Source: Nemertoderma westbladi (taxonomy: Eukaryota; Animalia; Xenacoelomorpha). From it: DNA of 64,000 nucleotides. The notes beneath the pieces are model-generated. The model was not told where the DNA came from, did not search any database, and was given only the letters and a program-made list of their open reading frames with translations. The stretch covers positions 85,154 to 149,153 of the forward strand of contig JAUCBJ010007204.1 of the NCBI GenBank assembly GCA_032718475.1, given 5' to 3'. Position 1 is the stretch's first letter; each line of letters opens with the position of its first letter. A program made the translations under genes and the position numbers. Shown piece after piece: positions 11,628-23,801 of the stretch.

Positions 11628-12913
11628 TGTAAAAGCTTCTGTGGGATATAACTGGCCCTTTTGCTTCGCAATCCAGTTTCCCCCCAGGCGCTGGAATACT
11701 CTAAAAGGGTTCTCTAACTGTATATATATTCCCCTCGCCCGCAAGGTACCGTTACAGGTGTTTTAACGGACATAAAAGTCATTCTGCTATATACGTGTTT
11801 TAGCGGACATGGTAAGGCAAAAAACCTGCAATGCGACAAATACCTTTCACAGCTTAGCCGTGATGATTCATATTACGACATCTAACAGCTGGTTGCTGAC
11901 ATGGAAACAGCCATTGGACGCATGGTTCTTTGTTTGGCTTGAGCCAATCAGAGCGATTTTTCCTGTCGACGTGTAGCTTTTCGGTCGATCATAAGGAGAG
12001 TGTTCAGTCTTACTGTTTTTTCTTGATACTTTGTTATTGCTATCTAGGCCAGGAACAACGGCTCTAGAGTCAATTCGTTTCATACTTTTAGAAGAAACAT
12101 TAGTAGGCTTAAATTATAGAGCGTATGACTGTTATCAATGCACATCAATTCAATTCATATCATAAATTAACAATTCACTTATCTTATTATACTTTGTTTG
12201 ATACTTATCGGTTCAACATACATTATTATACTGCTATTCACTGTTGTGTTTTGGTTGAATATTATTTGGAGAACATATATAAAGAACCCAAATTTCCCAA
12301 TTTTCTTGATACACTACAGGTTAGAGAGACGGGTTATATATAGCGATTGCGACTTATATTATTGTGTATGTAGTGAATTTAATGCTATTTGATAAGCACT
12401 ACATTGGTCCGTTGCTGTTCGCTTTATATATGATAAAATTCATTGACGGTCGGCAAATTAGTGAGCAGTATTGTGTGTTACCGGTAGTGTGCATGATTGT
12501 GATTGATAACTAAGCATTTCCTAAAGAATGCGCCTCATACGTGAATCTTAAGCCTTACCGACTTACCGTTGTGATTAGTATAAGTCATATCTCTGTTTAT
12601 TTAGATAGAGCGCCACGTCCTAAAGGAACTGTTAATATTTCCCGAAAGTGAATAATATTAGTCAGAAATTAATTATTAACGATCAATCGAATAATACAGT
12701 ACAGTAAGCTTACACTGCAATAATAATCTAAGCCCTCAGAATCCAGTCTCCCGGGAATATCCAGCGGGTGAATGGACGCGCACTAGGCTGGCTTCTGCTA
12801 ATGTTGTGTTTATTGGTATTAAATATTTGTCATCTTCTAAAGTATATTTATAAACCAAAAGACATATAAATTTTGGCAGGTTAAACTGCTAAAGGTCTTC
12901 AAAAGCGCGTACA
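11628..12913 (+). repeat. 3' LTR of copy A (1286 bp)
   Basis: Begins TGTAAAAGC after TTCTGGGAGCGG and ends GCGCGTACA. Highly similar to 24376-25626 and 50969-52219. Confidence 0.93.
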
Positions 12914-13094
12914 CCATGGACCAATCGCAGGAGACATCTACAGTGCAATGTGGGCAGTGCTGAAAGGCTATGCAACCAATACAGAACCAAACTACTATGT
13001 TTGTATGTTGGATGGGCTAAATGTCTAGCATCAATAAGCTAAACTTGGAACCACCATTATACTATCAGCTGGCTATGATGCCACTACTGCTCAA

Positions 13095-13468
13095 ATTTTG
13101 GCGCCCCTTGGAAGGTGCCCCCCCCCCCCCCCTTCTGCACGCCACTGCACGTTTCGGAAACAAGCTACAGTTCGAAGAAGAAAACTTTGAAGAAAATTTC
13201 CCGATTTTTTCCCGAATTCCCAAAGTTCCAGAATTTTACAAAAATATCAGAGTGTTTTATAATGGATATCTCCGGGTAGTAACTAAATTTTGAAAAAAAA
13301 TAGAAGTCTTTTCCCAGAGAGGTCTGTTTTCGAGCAAGTCGGTACCCACTGGTACGGATTTACCACATTACCTTTCGCTAGGGAGGGGGCAAGCCCCCCC
13401 CCCCCCCCAAGATACCTGTGGAGGGGCAGATGCCCCCTTGCCCCCCCCCCCCCCTAGAACCGCCACTG
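13095..13468. mobile_element. Two right-end fragments of CAGTGGCG-type MITE/DNA-transposon TIRs
   Basis: Poly-C runs followed by ...CGCCACTG at ~13140-13148 and ~13461-13468. No matching left ends were found. Confidence 0.4.
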
Positions 13469-14882
13469 TCTACCGAGCATCACCATCCTGTCCCATAATA
13501 ACTTCGTAGCGGCTTTGTGTCGACGGTCGAAAAATGACCATACAGTAGTGCTTTTTTTCTGACCTTCGTCCTGGAACCCTACGCAGCCGGGTACTATATA
13601 GCTATACACCGGCTTTCATTGCAGTAAAGAAAAGTGTAGGCGCCGTATAACCGCGGTATAATCAGTTTTCAGATCTAGCTCCTCTACTAATTTATTATGC
13701 CCTATATTAATTAAATAAAACACCGCAAAGATAGGTGGAATATTCTGATATTCAATTAAAGGGATATTGCGTTAGAGAAACTGTGATAGGCAAAACAGAA
13801 GTAGGCCTAAGCAGCTAGGCTTGTACAGTCTGCAGTCTGACAGTTGTAGCTAGAATAATTGCTGAATTGCATCGGATCGGATCGGATCGGACGGCATCTG
13901 ACATATAATTCTACCTCGAATCCTGCAATCAGTCAATACTGCAATACTGGTCAGCCGGTACCATACACTGCAGACATGCCATATCATGTAATCTAATTAA
14001 ACATGGCCCCGGAACCCTTGCGGTGATTATAGTTTAGGCCTAATTAGCCCAGTACCGGCACCGGTAATAATAATATAATAGTTTAGATAGTTACCGCTAA
14101 TCATTCAGTCATTGGCACGGTACACCGTATTGCTGTACTGCCGTTGTAGTGCGCACCGTAGGTACCACCCATGGCCTACTACACACAGGCCATGACAAGG
14201 ACTTTGCTGTGAAATTAGCGTAGGCTGACTGTGCTGATTATGGTACTGTCAGACTGTGGTACCTAAGCTATATACTGTTAGGTATATTGCTGTATTGGGG
14301 TGGGGTTAGGAATAATCCATTTGTTTTAGCATTGAACTGTTGAATCCCCTATTTATTATAAAACCATTGGAAATATTCGCAAATGCCACTCCATTACTGT
14401 CTGAAACGCTCCCGACAGTCCGATGTATCTGGACCCGAGCAGCCGAGTTGCTTCAAGAGGTGATTAACGGGGGAATACTACGGAATTGCTTGTTTGTCAG
14501 TACGATTCTATTTGGGTATTTACTACACTCAGAAACTGGGAATACGGCGGTCGGTCAGATCGTAATGCGGGCCACTGCCAAGTTCCTCATGCCTCACTCC
14601 GGTCACCCACCTTGGAGTGCAGTGGGAAGAGTCCTACTTACTGACTGACGTCGACGACTGGACGAATCGACGAGGATTGTGATCTGGGTTTAGCGGCGGC
14701 CCGGATCCTGGGATCGCCTGGGGGAAATGGTTGAACGTTGGGCAGACGTTATCGCACTGGATTACGTTCTCTGTGACGCGAAAGTGTGAAGCGAATTGGT
14801 TGTCGAATTGGGTCGGAAGCTGCGGGAATTCTACTGTTCTACGGGAGTAAACCGCAGCGGTCCGGTGACTAAGGACGGATAC

Positions 14883-15429
14883 TGTGACGGGATCCGAGAG
14901 GATCCCGGTTTATCCGGTGTCGCTTATGTACGCGTCCCCGCCGTGTGAATGAAAAGAGCTGTTGTTCCAGTGTCGTTATTATGGACTGATATATATATAA
15001 TACAGAGTGATAGTAGATAGCACAGTTAACCGGTATACTGAATGATATGTGATTGGTGACGGCGGTGATGGTCTAAATTGTCACCATACTACCGTGACTG
15101 TAGTGACAGTCTGAGATAACTGAAGTGAATGGATAGCACGACCGGTAATATATTGCACGGTGGCCTTATTGCTACTCAATCGATGCCTTTCCCCCCTCTG
15201 ATTGGTTGGTATCCCTGTTGGCACCCTTTGGAGTGTTTCCCTTCGCTCCCTGTGTTCTCTCTCGGTTAGGGGTTTGGCCCCTGACCCCTATTGTGTGTGT
15301 CTCCTTTGGGGCCTATTGTCCCCGTTTACTGGGCTGACACGAGGTTGATTGGTAATCAAGCTCGTGCTCCCAATATTGCTTTATGGCTCACTCTATGGGT
15401 TTGTGTTAGCGGAATTGGATAAGCTAACA
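14883..15429 (-). repeat. 3' LTR of element B
   Basis: Direct repeat of 21149-21695; adjacent to the PPT (plus strand CTCCCCCCCAT). Confidence 0.93.
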
Positions 15430-15829
15430 CTCCCCCCCATGCTATCTTCCCGGTAAGAAGATAGCATCCAACTCAAGTGCGCTACAATTCCGCTGGATCC
15501 CGATCTAGCATCGGGTGTGGGGTGGGTCTATTTTTTCGGAGTCGGCTTTCCAGGCCGCTCCCTATGGGTATGATGTCACTACCCTCTGGCGTCTCGTGTC
15601 GGGCCGATCGTGCGCTTCTCTCACACAATTTTTGTTTCCCCAACACTCTCACCACTCTACTCCAACTCTCGCATACTCCCGGACCTCCTCGTCCCACACT
15701 CTTCCTCTCACTTCTCCTCCCCCACACTTGAATTGCGCCCACGCTCTCTTCGCACTCCGCACTATCACCTCTCCACTCTCTTGTCACTCCCTAAGGCTTT
15801 AATCTCTAATGCTACCCCTGTGCTATCAT

Positions 15830-17330
15830 ACTATCTACCTACTGCTTACTAACTCTAACTATCTAACTAACTCTGCTAACTACTAACTCTTACTACTTCT
15901 AGCTCTAACTGAGAGCCTCTAACTTTCTACTTCTACTAACTCTACTTGACTCCTCTGAGTTTACCAACTCTGCTAACTAGCTCTACTAACTCTACTCCAC
16001 TAGCTCTGCTAACTCTACTCCACTAGCTCTGCTAACTCTACTAACTAGCTCTACTAACTCTACTCCACTCTTCTAACTACGTGGCGCTTGCGGTGCCCAC
16101 AACCACTCTACTATATGGCACCCTATGTGCCCTCTCTGCTCTACTCTACTACCTGGCACCCTATGTGCCCTCTCTACTACACTACTACCTCTCTAACTCT
16201 ACTACCTGGCACCCTATGTGCCCTCTCTACTACTCTACTCTATCTCTAACTCTCTAACTCTACTACCTGGCACCCTACGTGCCCTCTCTACTCTTCTACT
16301 ACCTGGCACCCAATGTGCCCGTCTCTACTCCTCTACTCCCCCTTTACGTCTCATCGCCTACACGTGACGCTCTGAGTGCCGGCAGAGTGGGTACGTTAAT
16401 TATGTGAACTACTACTGACTCTACTAACTCTCTTCTAACTCTACTAACTCTTTTTGTGCCCGGCACCTCTTGTGCCCGGCACCTTCTAACTCTACTAACT
16501 CTTTTTGTGCCCGGCACCTCTTGTGCCCGGCACCTTCTAACTCTACTAACTCTCTACTAACTCAACTAACTCTACTACTAACTCAACTAACTCTACTACT
16601 AACTCTTTTTGTGCCCGGCACCTCTTGTGCCCGGCACCCACCCTAATTAACATACCCTGCTCTTACATCAAACATGTCATCACGCCCGTGCCCCACTAAG
16701 TTCAGCGCATTCCCTACTAACTCTAACTACGTGGCGCTTACGGTGCCCACAACCCTCTACTGCTACTACTAACACCCCTAACTAGCGGTACTACGTACCC
16801 TCTTACTACTCTAGCTCTCTCTACTAGCTAGCGGTACAACGTACCCTCTTACTACTCTAGCTCTCTCTACTAGCTAGCGGTACAACGTACCCTCTTACTA
16901 CTCTAGCTCTCTCTACTAGCTAGCGGTACAACGTACCCTCTTACTACTCTAACTCTAACTACCTAGCGGTACTTACGTACCCTCTAACTCTTACTCTAAC
17001 TAGCGGTACTTACGTACCCTCTAACTCTAACTAACTAGCGGTACTTACGTACCCTCTAACTCTAACTAACTAGCGGTACTTACGTACCCTCTAACTCTCT
17101 TCTACTAACGGTACTACACGTACCCTCCTACTAACTCTTCTACTAACGGTACTACACGTACCCTTCTACTAACTCTTCTAACTCTACTCTTACTAACGGT
17201 ACTGCGTACCCTCTAACTCTTACTCTAACACTAACTATCAGTGCTAACTGACTAACTAACTAACTCTGACTCTAGGTACTACGTACCTCCTAACTAACTC
17301 CTAACTACCTAACTTCTACCTACTCTATTA
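15830..17330 (-). repeat. Complex minisatellite/hairpin array in the 3' untranslated part of element B
   Basis: CTACTAACT-rich spacers separate repeated palindromic units (GGCACCCTATGTGCC, GTGCCCGGCAC, GGTAC-n-GTACC). Includes tandem ~42-bp units near 16790-16950. Confidence 0.9.
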
Positions 17331-17352
17331 TTTAATTATTTTCTTATTTTAA

Positions 17353-20300
17353 TTAAATAATTATTTTATATTTTGTGCGTGGGAAGGGCGTCTCGCCCTC
17401 ATTCCCACCCCCCTCAGTCCAAAACTTTGGACGACTAAAAACTCTCAGGTGCCCCTTCTTCCAGTAGGCACTCTCCTGCTGCCCTCCTATACGTCCTCTA
17501 ACTCTTCGCCACACTCTCTTCGGTGCCACCTTTGCTGGCCTCCCCCTTCGTATGTGCGCTGGCATTAGAGCCCTCGACGACCCCCGCTCGTCCCTCGGTA
17601 TACGCGGTGTCTGCCCGTGCAATGCCCCCTCGCACTGTGTCCGTCCTGCGTGTGTATGCAACACGCCTCCTCCTTCTTTCCCGACTCCCTTATGTTTGCT
17701 AATGGGCTTCTCTGCCCCTGGTTTAGTCCTTTCATATCCTTTCCCTTTCCAACACTCTCCGGATCTGTGTCCTTTTACCACGCATCGATGACATAGTCCG
17801 TTTGCGTCTGTGTAGGCTACACGATCTCGTTTGGGCAACGCTTGCCAGTACTTACAACTCCTGGTCTTATGGGTTCCGTCCCGATGTAATTGACATTGGA
17901 ATCCTGGATTATAGCGTTTCCTGTATAGTCCTTCACGTATCGCGCTTAGGTTTATATGTACCGATTTAATGTTTTGATTGTCTAGACTCGGCCTACTGGG
18001 TATATTGGGATTGTGTTTATTATATATGGTGTTATTTTCTTTCTGTCCCTGCCACGGTGTGGCCCTGCTACCAGCTAACTGTGGACTAGCAGTCCCCTGT
18101 ACGGCCGCGTGTGGTGGTGACTGTCCGCACGACCTGTTCTCGTCCAGGGAGTTCGATGTTCTTGCTCCTATCGGGGTATATTGTCGATATTGTGATGGGG
18201 GAATGTCACCCTGTCCCCCCCCCAGCCGGTATGTTTGGTACTGGGGTTGATGTTAATACATTGGGGCCCATACGTCTATCTCCAATAACTCCCCCCTCCC
18301 CTGGATATATGTTATGTCCCTGTGTATTATAGTCATGCTGCTGTACCGATATAGGCCTACCTACCTCTCGCCTACCTACCGGTATGTACTCCGCGACTTC
18401 CGGGTTTAATCCCGTCGTTCGCGCTACCCCATCGCCTACTCTATCTCTCCCAGCATGGCCTATAATAGTATGTGCAGTAAGGCCTACAGTATGTCCTGCA
18501 GTCTGCATGTGCCCTTCCGAACCGAAGTTTATTCTTCGCGAATCTCTAGTCTCCCCGCGACTACTGCACTCTCGATCGGCAGCTATATCCCGTCGGGAAG
18601 CTTCTCTTCGATCCCCTCTCCTGTTCTCGACTTTGTATTGGTACCTCCTGTACCCCTCTCTTGGCGTGCGGTGCGTTTCTCCGGGGCGACGGCAATCTCC
18701 CGAAGTTCGACCCCACTGGCTCCCTGACTCCATCTCTACTGTCGACGGTCCGTTATCCGTCCTCGCACTGCTATCGTTCGTGGCGACACTTCTTCTACTA
18801 TCTTCTCTTCTTCTCTTTTCTGTGTAGTATTCCGGCTCGTGAGATCTCTCGTCGACCTCCCGGTTAAACTCCACTGTTCTTCTTCTCTCTTCTGATCGGG
18901 CTCGACGCTTCGTCTGCCCTCTCGCGACGTCAACCTGCCTCTCTCTACTCGATCGCACGCCGCTGGGGATACTCGCAATCCCCCTATTACTCTCCGTCGC
19001 CGGGTGTTGCGGTTTACCTGATTCGGCCCGCGCATTATCCGCTGACGGCTGTGGGACACTCTCTGCCCCCCCTCTCTCTCTACTAACCTCTCGCGGTGGG
19101 GTGCCCGTAGCCCCCCCCCACCCGCCACTTCTAACTTCACTATCTCTTACTACAAGCATACCTCTGCGTCCCTCTTGTGGGGCATTCTCTGCCCCCCCTC
19201 TCTCGCCACTAATCTTATGTGGTGGGGCGCCGGTAGCCCCCCCCCCACCCGCCACATCTAACTTCACTATCTCTCACTTCGTCTCTACACCCCTCTCTAG
19301 TCGACGCACTGTCTCTACTACGGTTGGGTCTATTCACCCCCGCCTCTCTCTCTACTACTGCGTGGCCCATCAGGCCTACTTCGGGTTGGCTCAACCCCGC
19401 TACCCCCTGCCTACCAACTACGTGGCCTACCAGGCCGCCGTCGGGTTGGCTCAACCCTGCCACTTCCTGCCTACTAACTACGTGGCCTACCAGGCCACCG
19501 TCTGCCGGGTTATGTACGTCCGACACGCTCATATTAATAGCACCATTCCCAATATTATTTGTTAAATCAATTAAATTATTAGAATTTGAAACGGGATTAT
19601 TATTTAAATTATTTAAATTACTTAGATCACTACTATTCTCTAAACTTAAATTATTATTCGAATTATTTTGCGGGTTTGAATTGAAATTATTATTTAGAAT
19701 ATTTGTATTTAAATTTAAATTACTACTACCCGGTAAAATATTATTTCCTGTAATAAAGGGATTAGGGTTATCTACTACGGTACTATTAATATTAACATTT
19801 CCTAACGTACTACTATTACTCCCCCCGCCCGTACGGCTACACCAGTTCTGGTTCTCTCGCCCGGTGCCTGTAAGTGGGGTCTCACTCTCTGATATCTCCA
19901 ACCGCGCCAGTTCTAGTCGGCGCCGTTTAAGTTTGGCTTGATATTGCGCAAGCCTCCCTAGCATGGCATGCAAATCATCCCGCCTGCACTCACCCTCTAT
20001 CCCCGACTCTCGCGTATTCTGCCCGGCCAACTCTGCCTCTCTAGCAATCATCTCAAGCCGCCTCGCCGGCTCGCTCTCTACTCCCATCTCTCGCTCTCTA
20101 CACTCCTTGGCTCTCTCTCTAAACTTCTCGGCTTTCTCTCTATACTCCCTCTCCAACTCTCCTGCCTTCTCTGAGAATGCGGTTTCCTCTCTCAATTGCC
20201 ACTCTAACCATTCCTGCTTACTCGCAGCCGTTTCTAATTTATACTCTATGCGTTCACTCTGTCGCACCCGTCTTTCTTTTACGGAGGATGTAGCAGACTT

Positions 20301-21098
20301 ATCGGTTGCGACGGACTCCCGTCGCCCCTCCGTCCCACTAACTTTCCCCCTCTTCCCGGAACTTCCTCCGACCGACGAGACCGAATCCTCGGAATTAACC
20401 TCGGATTCGCCCTCCCCAGGTCTTCTAACTCTTACTTTCACTCCCCGGGCATCGACTAAGTATGGCCCTACGTACACTACGCTAGGTTCCATACCCCCAC
20501 ATTCCCATAGTTCAATCAGTTCGTTGACAACTCCCCTCGCCCTCTCCTCGGCTAGTTCTCTCTGCCCAAAACACACTAGGTGATCAAAGTATCTGTTCGA
20601 CTCACCTAGTCGTCTCCTCAGTCTCACCTCGTCTACCTTCGCCCCCTCCTTGGCCTCTCTCAGTTGCTCCCGGGTCGCGAGGTAGGCCCGTCGAAGTCGA
20701 TCAGAAACCCCGACGTCCTCGTCGCCGACCTCTCTTCCGTCTCTCCGGGTCCGACGTCGTACCGACGGCCCCACCGTCGCCGTTCCGGTGGACCGTTCGT
20801 CGTCCTCGGCCTGTGGCTGGCCGGTGACATCGGTATGTCGACCCTCGCTCCGCGTCGACTCGTCTTTCTCTTCTCCTCCCTTCTCGTCTCCTCTACTCGA
20901 CTCGCTCTCTCATGGTAGACGACCCCCCACATCTTGGTTCGCCGTGTTGCTCGTTATCGACGTAGCGTCAACCTGCGTCGACGTGGTCGGCGTAGCATCG
21001 ATCGGCGTCGTGGGTTCGTATCGTCTCGCCGTGGCCTCGCGGATCGTTAGATCGTCGTCCGGGGTCCGCGGCGGTGTAGTTTCTCCTCCTCTACTCAT
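17353..21098 (-). pseudogene. Gag-like ORF of element B (~1250 aa reconstructed), disrupted
   Basis: ATG at 21098, in-frame TGA at 20910-20912, frameshifts at G-homopolymers (~19240, ~18215). The C-terminal CQLHRDGTHKTRSC...LCHRCVVKGHRSGEC has BEL/Pao-type knuckle spacing. The rest is R/E-rich and N-rich low complexity. Confidence 0.7.
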
Positions 21099-21148
21099 CT
21101 TGTCTTTGGTGGCTGTCAGCTACAGTTCGGCAGGCCTAGAATTTAGAC

Positions 21149-21695
21149 TGTGACGGGATCCGAGAGGATCCCGGTTTATCCGGTGTCGCTTATGTACGCG
21201 TCCCCGCCGTGTGAATGAAAAGAGCTGTTGTTCCAGTGTCGTTATTATGGACTGATATATATATAATACAGAGTGATAGTAGATAGCACAGTTAACCGGT
21301 ATACTGAATGATATGTGATTGGTGACGGCGGTGATGGTCTAAATTGTCACCGTACTACCGTGACTGTAGTGACAGTCTGAGATAACTGAAGTGAATGGAT
21401 AGCACGACCGGTAATATATTGCACGGTGGCCTTATTGCTACTCAATCGATGCCTTTCCCCCCTCTGATTGGTTGGTATCCCTGTTGGCACCCTTTGGAGT
21501 GTTTCCCTTCGCTCCCTGTGTTCTCTCTCGGTTAGGGGTTTGGCCCCTGACCCCTATTGTGTGTGTCTCCTTTGGGGCCTATTGTCCCCGTTTACTGGGC
21601 TGACACGAGGTTGATTGGTAATCAACCTCGTGCTCCCAATATTGCTTTATGGCTCACTCTATGGGTTTGTGTTAGCGGAATTGGATAAGCTAACA
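21149..21695 (-). repeat. 5' LTR of element B
   Basis: Direct repeat of 14883-15429, flanked by TSD GATAC. Confidence 0.93.
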
Positions 21696-21936
21696 GATAC
21701 TACTGGGATAAGCAGGTATTTCGATCGAGTTTCTCGTATTCTCGATGCTCGAGGCGGATAGAGAGTTGGTTGTGTTGGGCGGTGTTGTTCAATTCTATCA
21801 AACATATTAAATAATTGGTAAAATAATAAAAACACACCAGATAAAGATACTGAGCTTATGGTAAAGAGATAGGCCGAACTTACAATTTCCAAATAGATTG
21901 TTCATATAATAAATATATTTTTGGTATTTGATTTCA

Positions 21937-22197
21937 AGATAGGGGGGGGGGGGGGGGGGGGAACTGGACGCAATAAAAATTCATCCCTCTCCAGGGGAAA
22001 TTGGACGCAAATAACAACAGCTGATTACTCTCAAAAATAAAACTGTAACCTGTTCTATTGTGTTTACTTTATTGTTTTGGTTAAAATAACGTGCCACTGT
22101 AACCTGCTCCTTTCCCAAAATTTAGAAATTAATATTGAGGCGGGATATTAATTCGCCAAGATGGGATTTGCGTCCAGTCCCACCCCCCTCCTATCTC
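21937..22197. mobile_element. MULE-like MITE
   Basis: Imperfect TIRs AGATAGG(G)n-ACTGGACGCAA / TTGCGTCCAGT-(C)n-CCTATCTC; 9-bp TSD TTGATTTCA at 21928-21936 and 22198-22206. Confidence 0.7.
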
Positions 22198-23077
22198 TTG
22201 ATTTCACTAAAAAATAGAATACATTGCATTTTACTGTTATAATTACTGTATTGAATAAAATAATTAATTTATTGTTTATTAAACCGTGCTAAGCACGTTG
22301 AACTGGAGCTCTAACAATTCCCCACTAGCGGCAGGCAGGAACTGTAAAAGTCTCTGTAGAATTTCTAATTAAGCAATGCTCTTAGGTAACTACTACTAAA
22401 TTTCAGATGAATCTGATCTTTGGTTCTATAATTACAGCTATTTTTACGTTTCTGTTAATTCGCCCCCTAGCGGCAGACCGGGGAACTGTAGAAGTCTGTC
22501 TGTGTGTAGAATTTCTAAATTTTTTATAGACTACATGTGCACCAAGTTTGGTTCCATTTCATCCATGATTGACCGACTTATTAGCTTTTCAAACATTCCT
22601 GCCACAAACATAGCCAGAGGCAGCCACAAACAAATAAAAGCTGCAGGAACTCGAGCGTTAATTAATTTATTAATTATTAAATACTGTTTCAATTAAATTC
22701 TTTACGAAAATCTAGTCATCTTCTTTTAAATATGGACCCTGCATTCATGGAAAATATAATATTTGATAATTCATCAGTCAGCCTACGCTAATTTCACAGC
22801 AAAGTCCTTGTCATGGCCTGTGTGTAGTAGGCCATGGTACCACCCTACTACCGGTACCGGCTGACCGCGTGACTGGTGGCAACTAGCACTTCAGCACTTG
22901 CACAGCAACAGCACTACCGGCGATACATAGGTTGAAATTTATGTAGAGTTTGCTCAACAGTACAGATATAAAATAGTTATCTAAATTATATATATTACTA
23001 TTGACAAGTATTGAAATATATACCGTTATTCGTGTTATCAGTATTTGCAACATCTGACATTGAAGAGGTGAGAGAAG

Positions 23078-23449
23078 ATGAATACTGGCACTCAACAAAA
23101 CCAACGCTTATCACATGTCGGTATGGTTACCTCGAAACCGGCGCGACTGTCCACTCGAATACAACTTCAAAACACAAACGCCAACCATAAACTGAAAGCA
23201 AATCGAACGTCTTCAGAAGAATCTGTCATTGGGACGAAGAAAAGGAAGCCGAAACCACGGGAATGGACCACAGCTAAGATTGAATGCTCCCATTGTCAGA
23301 GTTCCTGGACCGAAATTGAAACACCAATTGCCGATGTGCTTGATCTCTCAAACCAAAACTTCCTCTGCGGGGTTTGCGCGGCAGTAAAGATTGAAAGTCT
23401 GGAAGCTGGCATCCCTAGGTATTATTATTATAAATCAGCCTGCGTTTAA
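23078..23449 (+). pseudogene. Possible fragment of a CR1/L2-type ORF1 zinc-finger region
   Basis: CSHC...FLCGVC..KIESLE resembles the zinc finger plus coiled coil at the start of CR1-clade ORF1. It is short, and contiguity with the downstream RT fragment is not shown. Confidence 0.3.
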
Positions 23450-23801
23450 TAAATATATTTTAATACAAAACAGGTCGAACGCAAAGAGGCTTATAATGAA
23501 GACGAGTACTGCATTGATTATATTCCTATAAACCACCTGGCTTTGCATATTGAACGTGCGTTTGGAAATAAGTTCGTGCTACCCTTCCGTGGGTGGTAGA
23601 TGTCGCGGTTATGTATTGGTGGGTGGGGGGAGGGGGGGGGGGGGTGCAGATTAAAAGGGGTGAACACGTACTGTCCTCCCCCTTTCTTTGATTAATTGGT
23701 GGTGTGGGTTAATCTCTCATAACCTGATTTTGTGATACAGTCGCACAATTTTAATTTGTATCTCATAACTGGGCCTCGTGCTGCGCGAAGGCCCCACGAA
23801 C

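Larger units (their letters stand above)
1..12913 (+). mobile_element. BEL/Pao LTR retrotransposon, family 1, copy A (5' part outside window)
   Basis: gag-PR-RT-RH-IN polyprotein, then a 1.6 kb spacer, an extra ORF, a purine-rich tract (GGGAGCGG) and a TG...CA LTR homologous to the LTRs of copies C and D. Confidence 0.95.
14883..21695 (-). mobile_element. Gag-only (non-autonomous) LTR retroelement B with BEL/Pao-like zinc knuckles
   Basis: Two near-identical 547-bp TG...CA LTRs, 5-bp TSD GATAC (14878-14882 and 21696-21700), G-rich PPT on the minus strand at 15430-15440. No PR, RT or IN motifs. Confidence 0.92.
14170..22836. mobile_element. Non-autonomous TIR DNA transposon, P-superfamily-like (~1.85 kb net of nested element B)
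   Basis: Perfect 62-bp TIRs at 14170-14231 and 22775-22836 starting CATGGCC. 8-bp TSD GTACCACC at 14162-14169 and 22837-22844. No transposase ORF seen. Confidence 0.85.

Noticed and set aside
14340-14648. Possible host exon or transposase fragment
   Set aside because: No recognisable motif in the frames examined, and it lies inside a TIR element.
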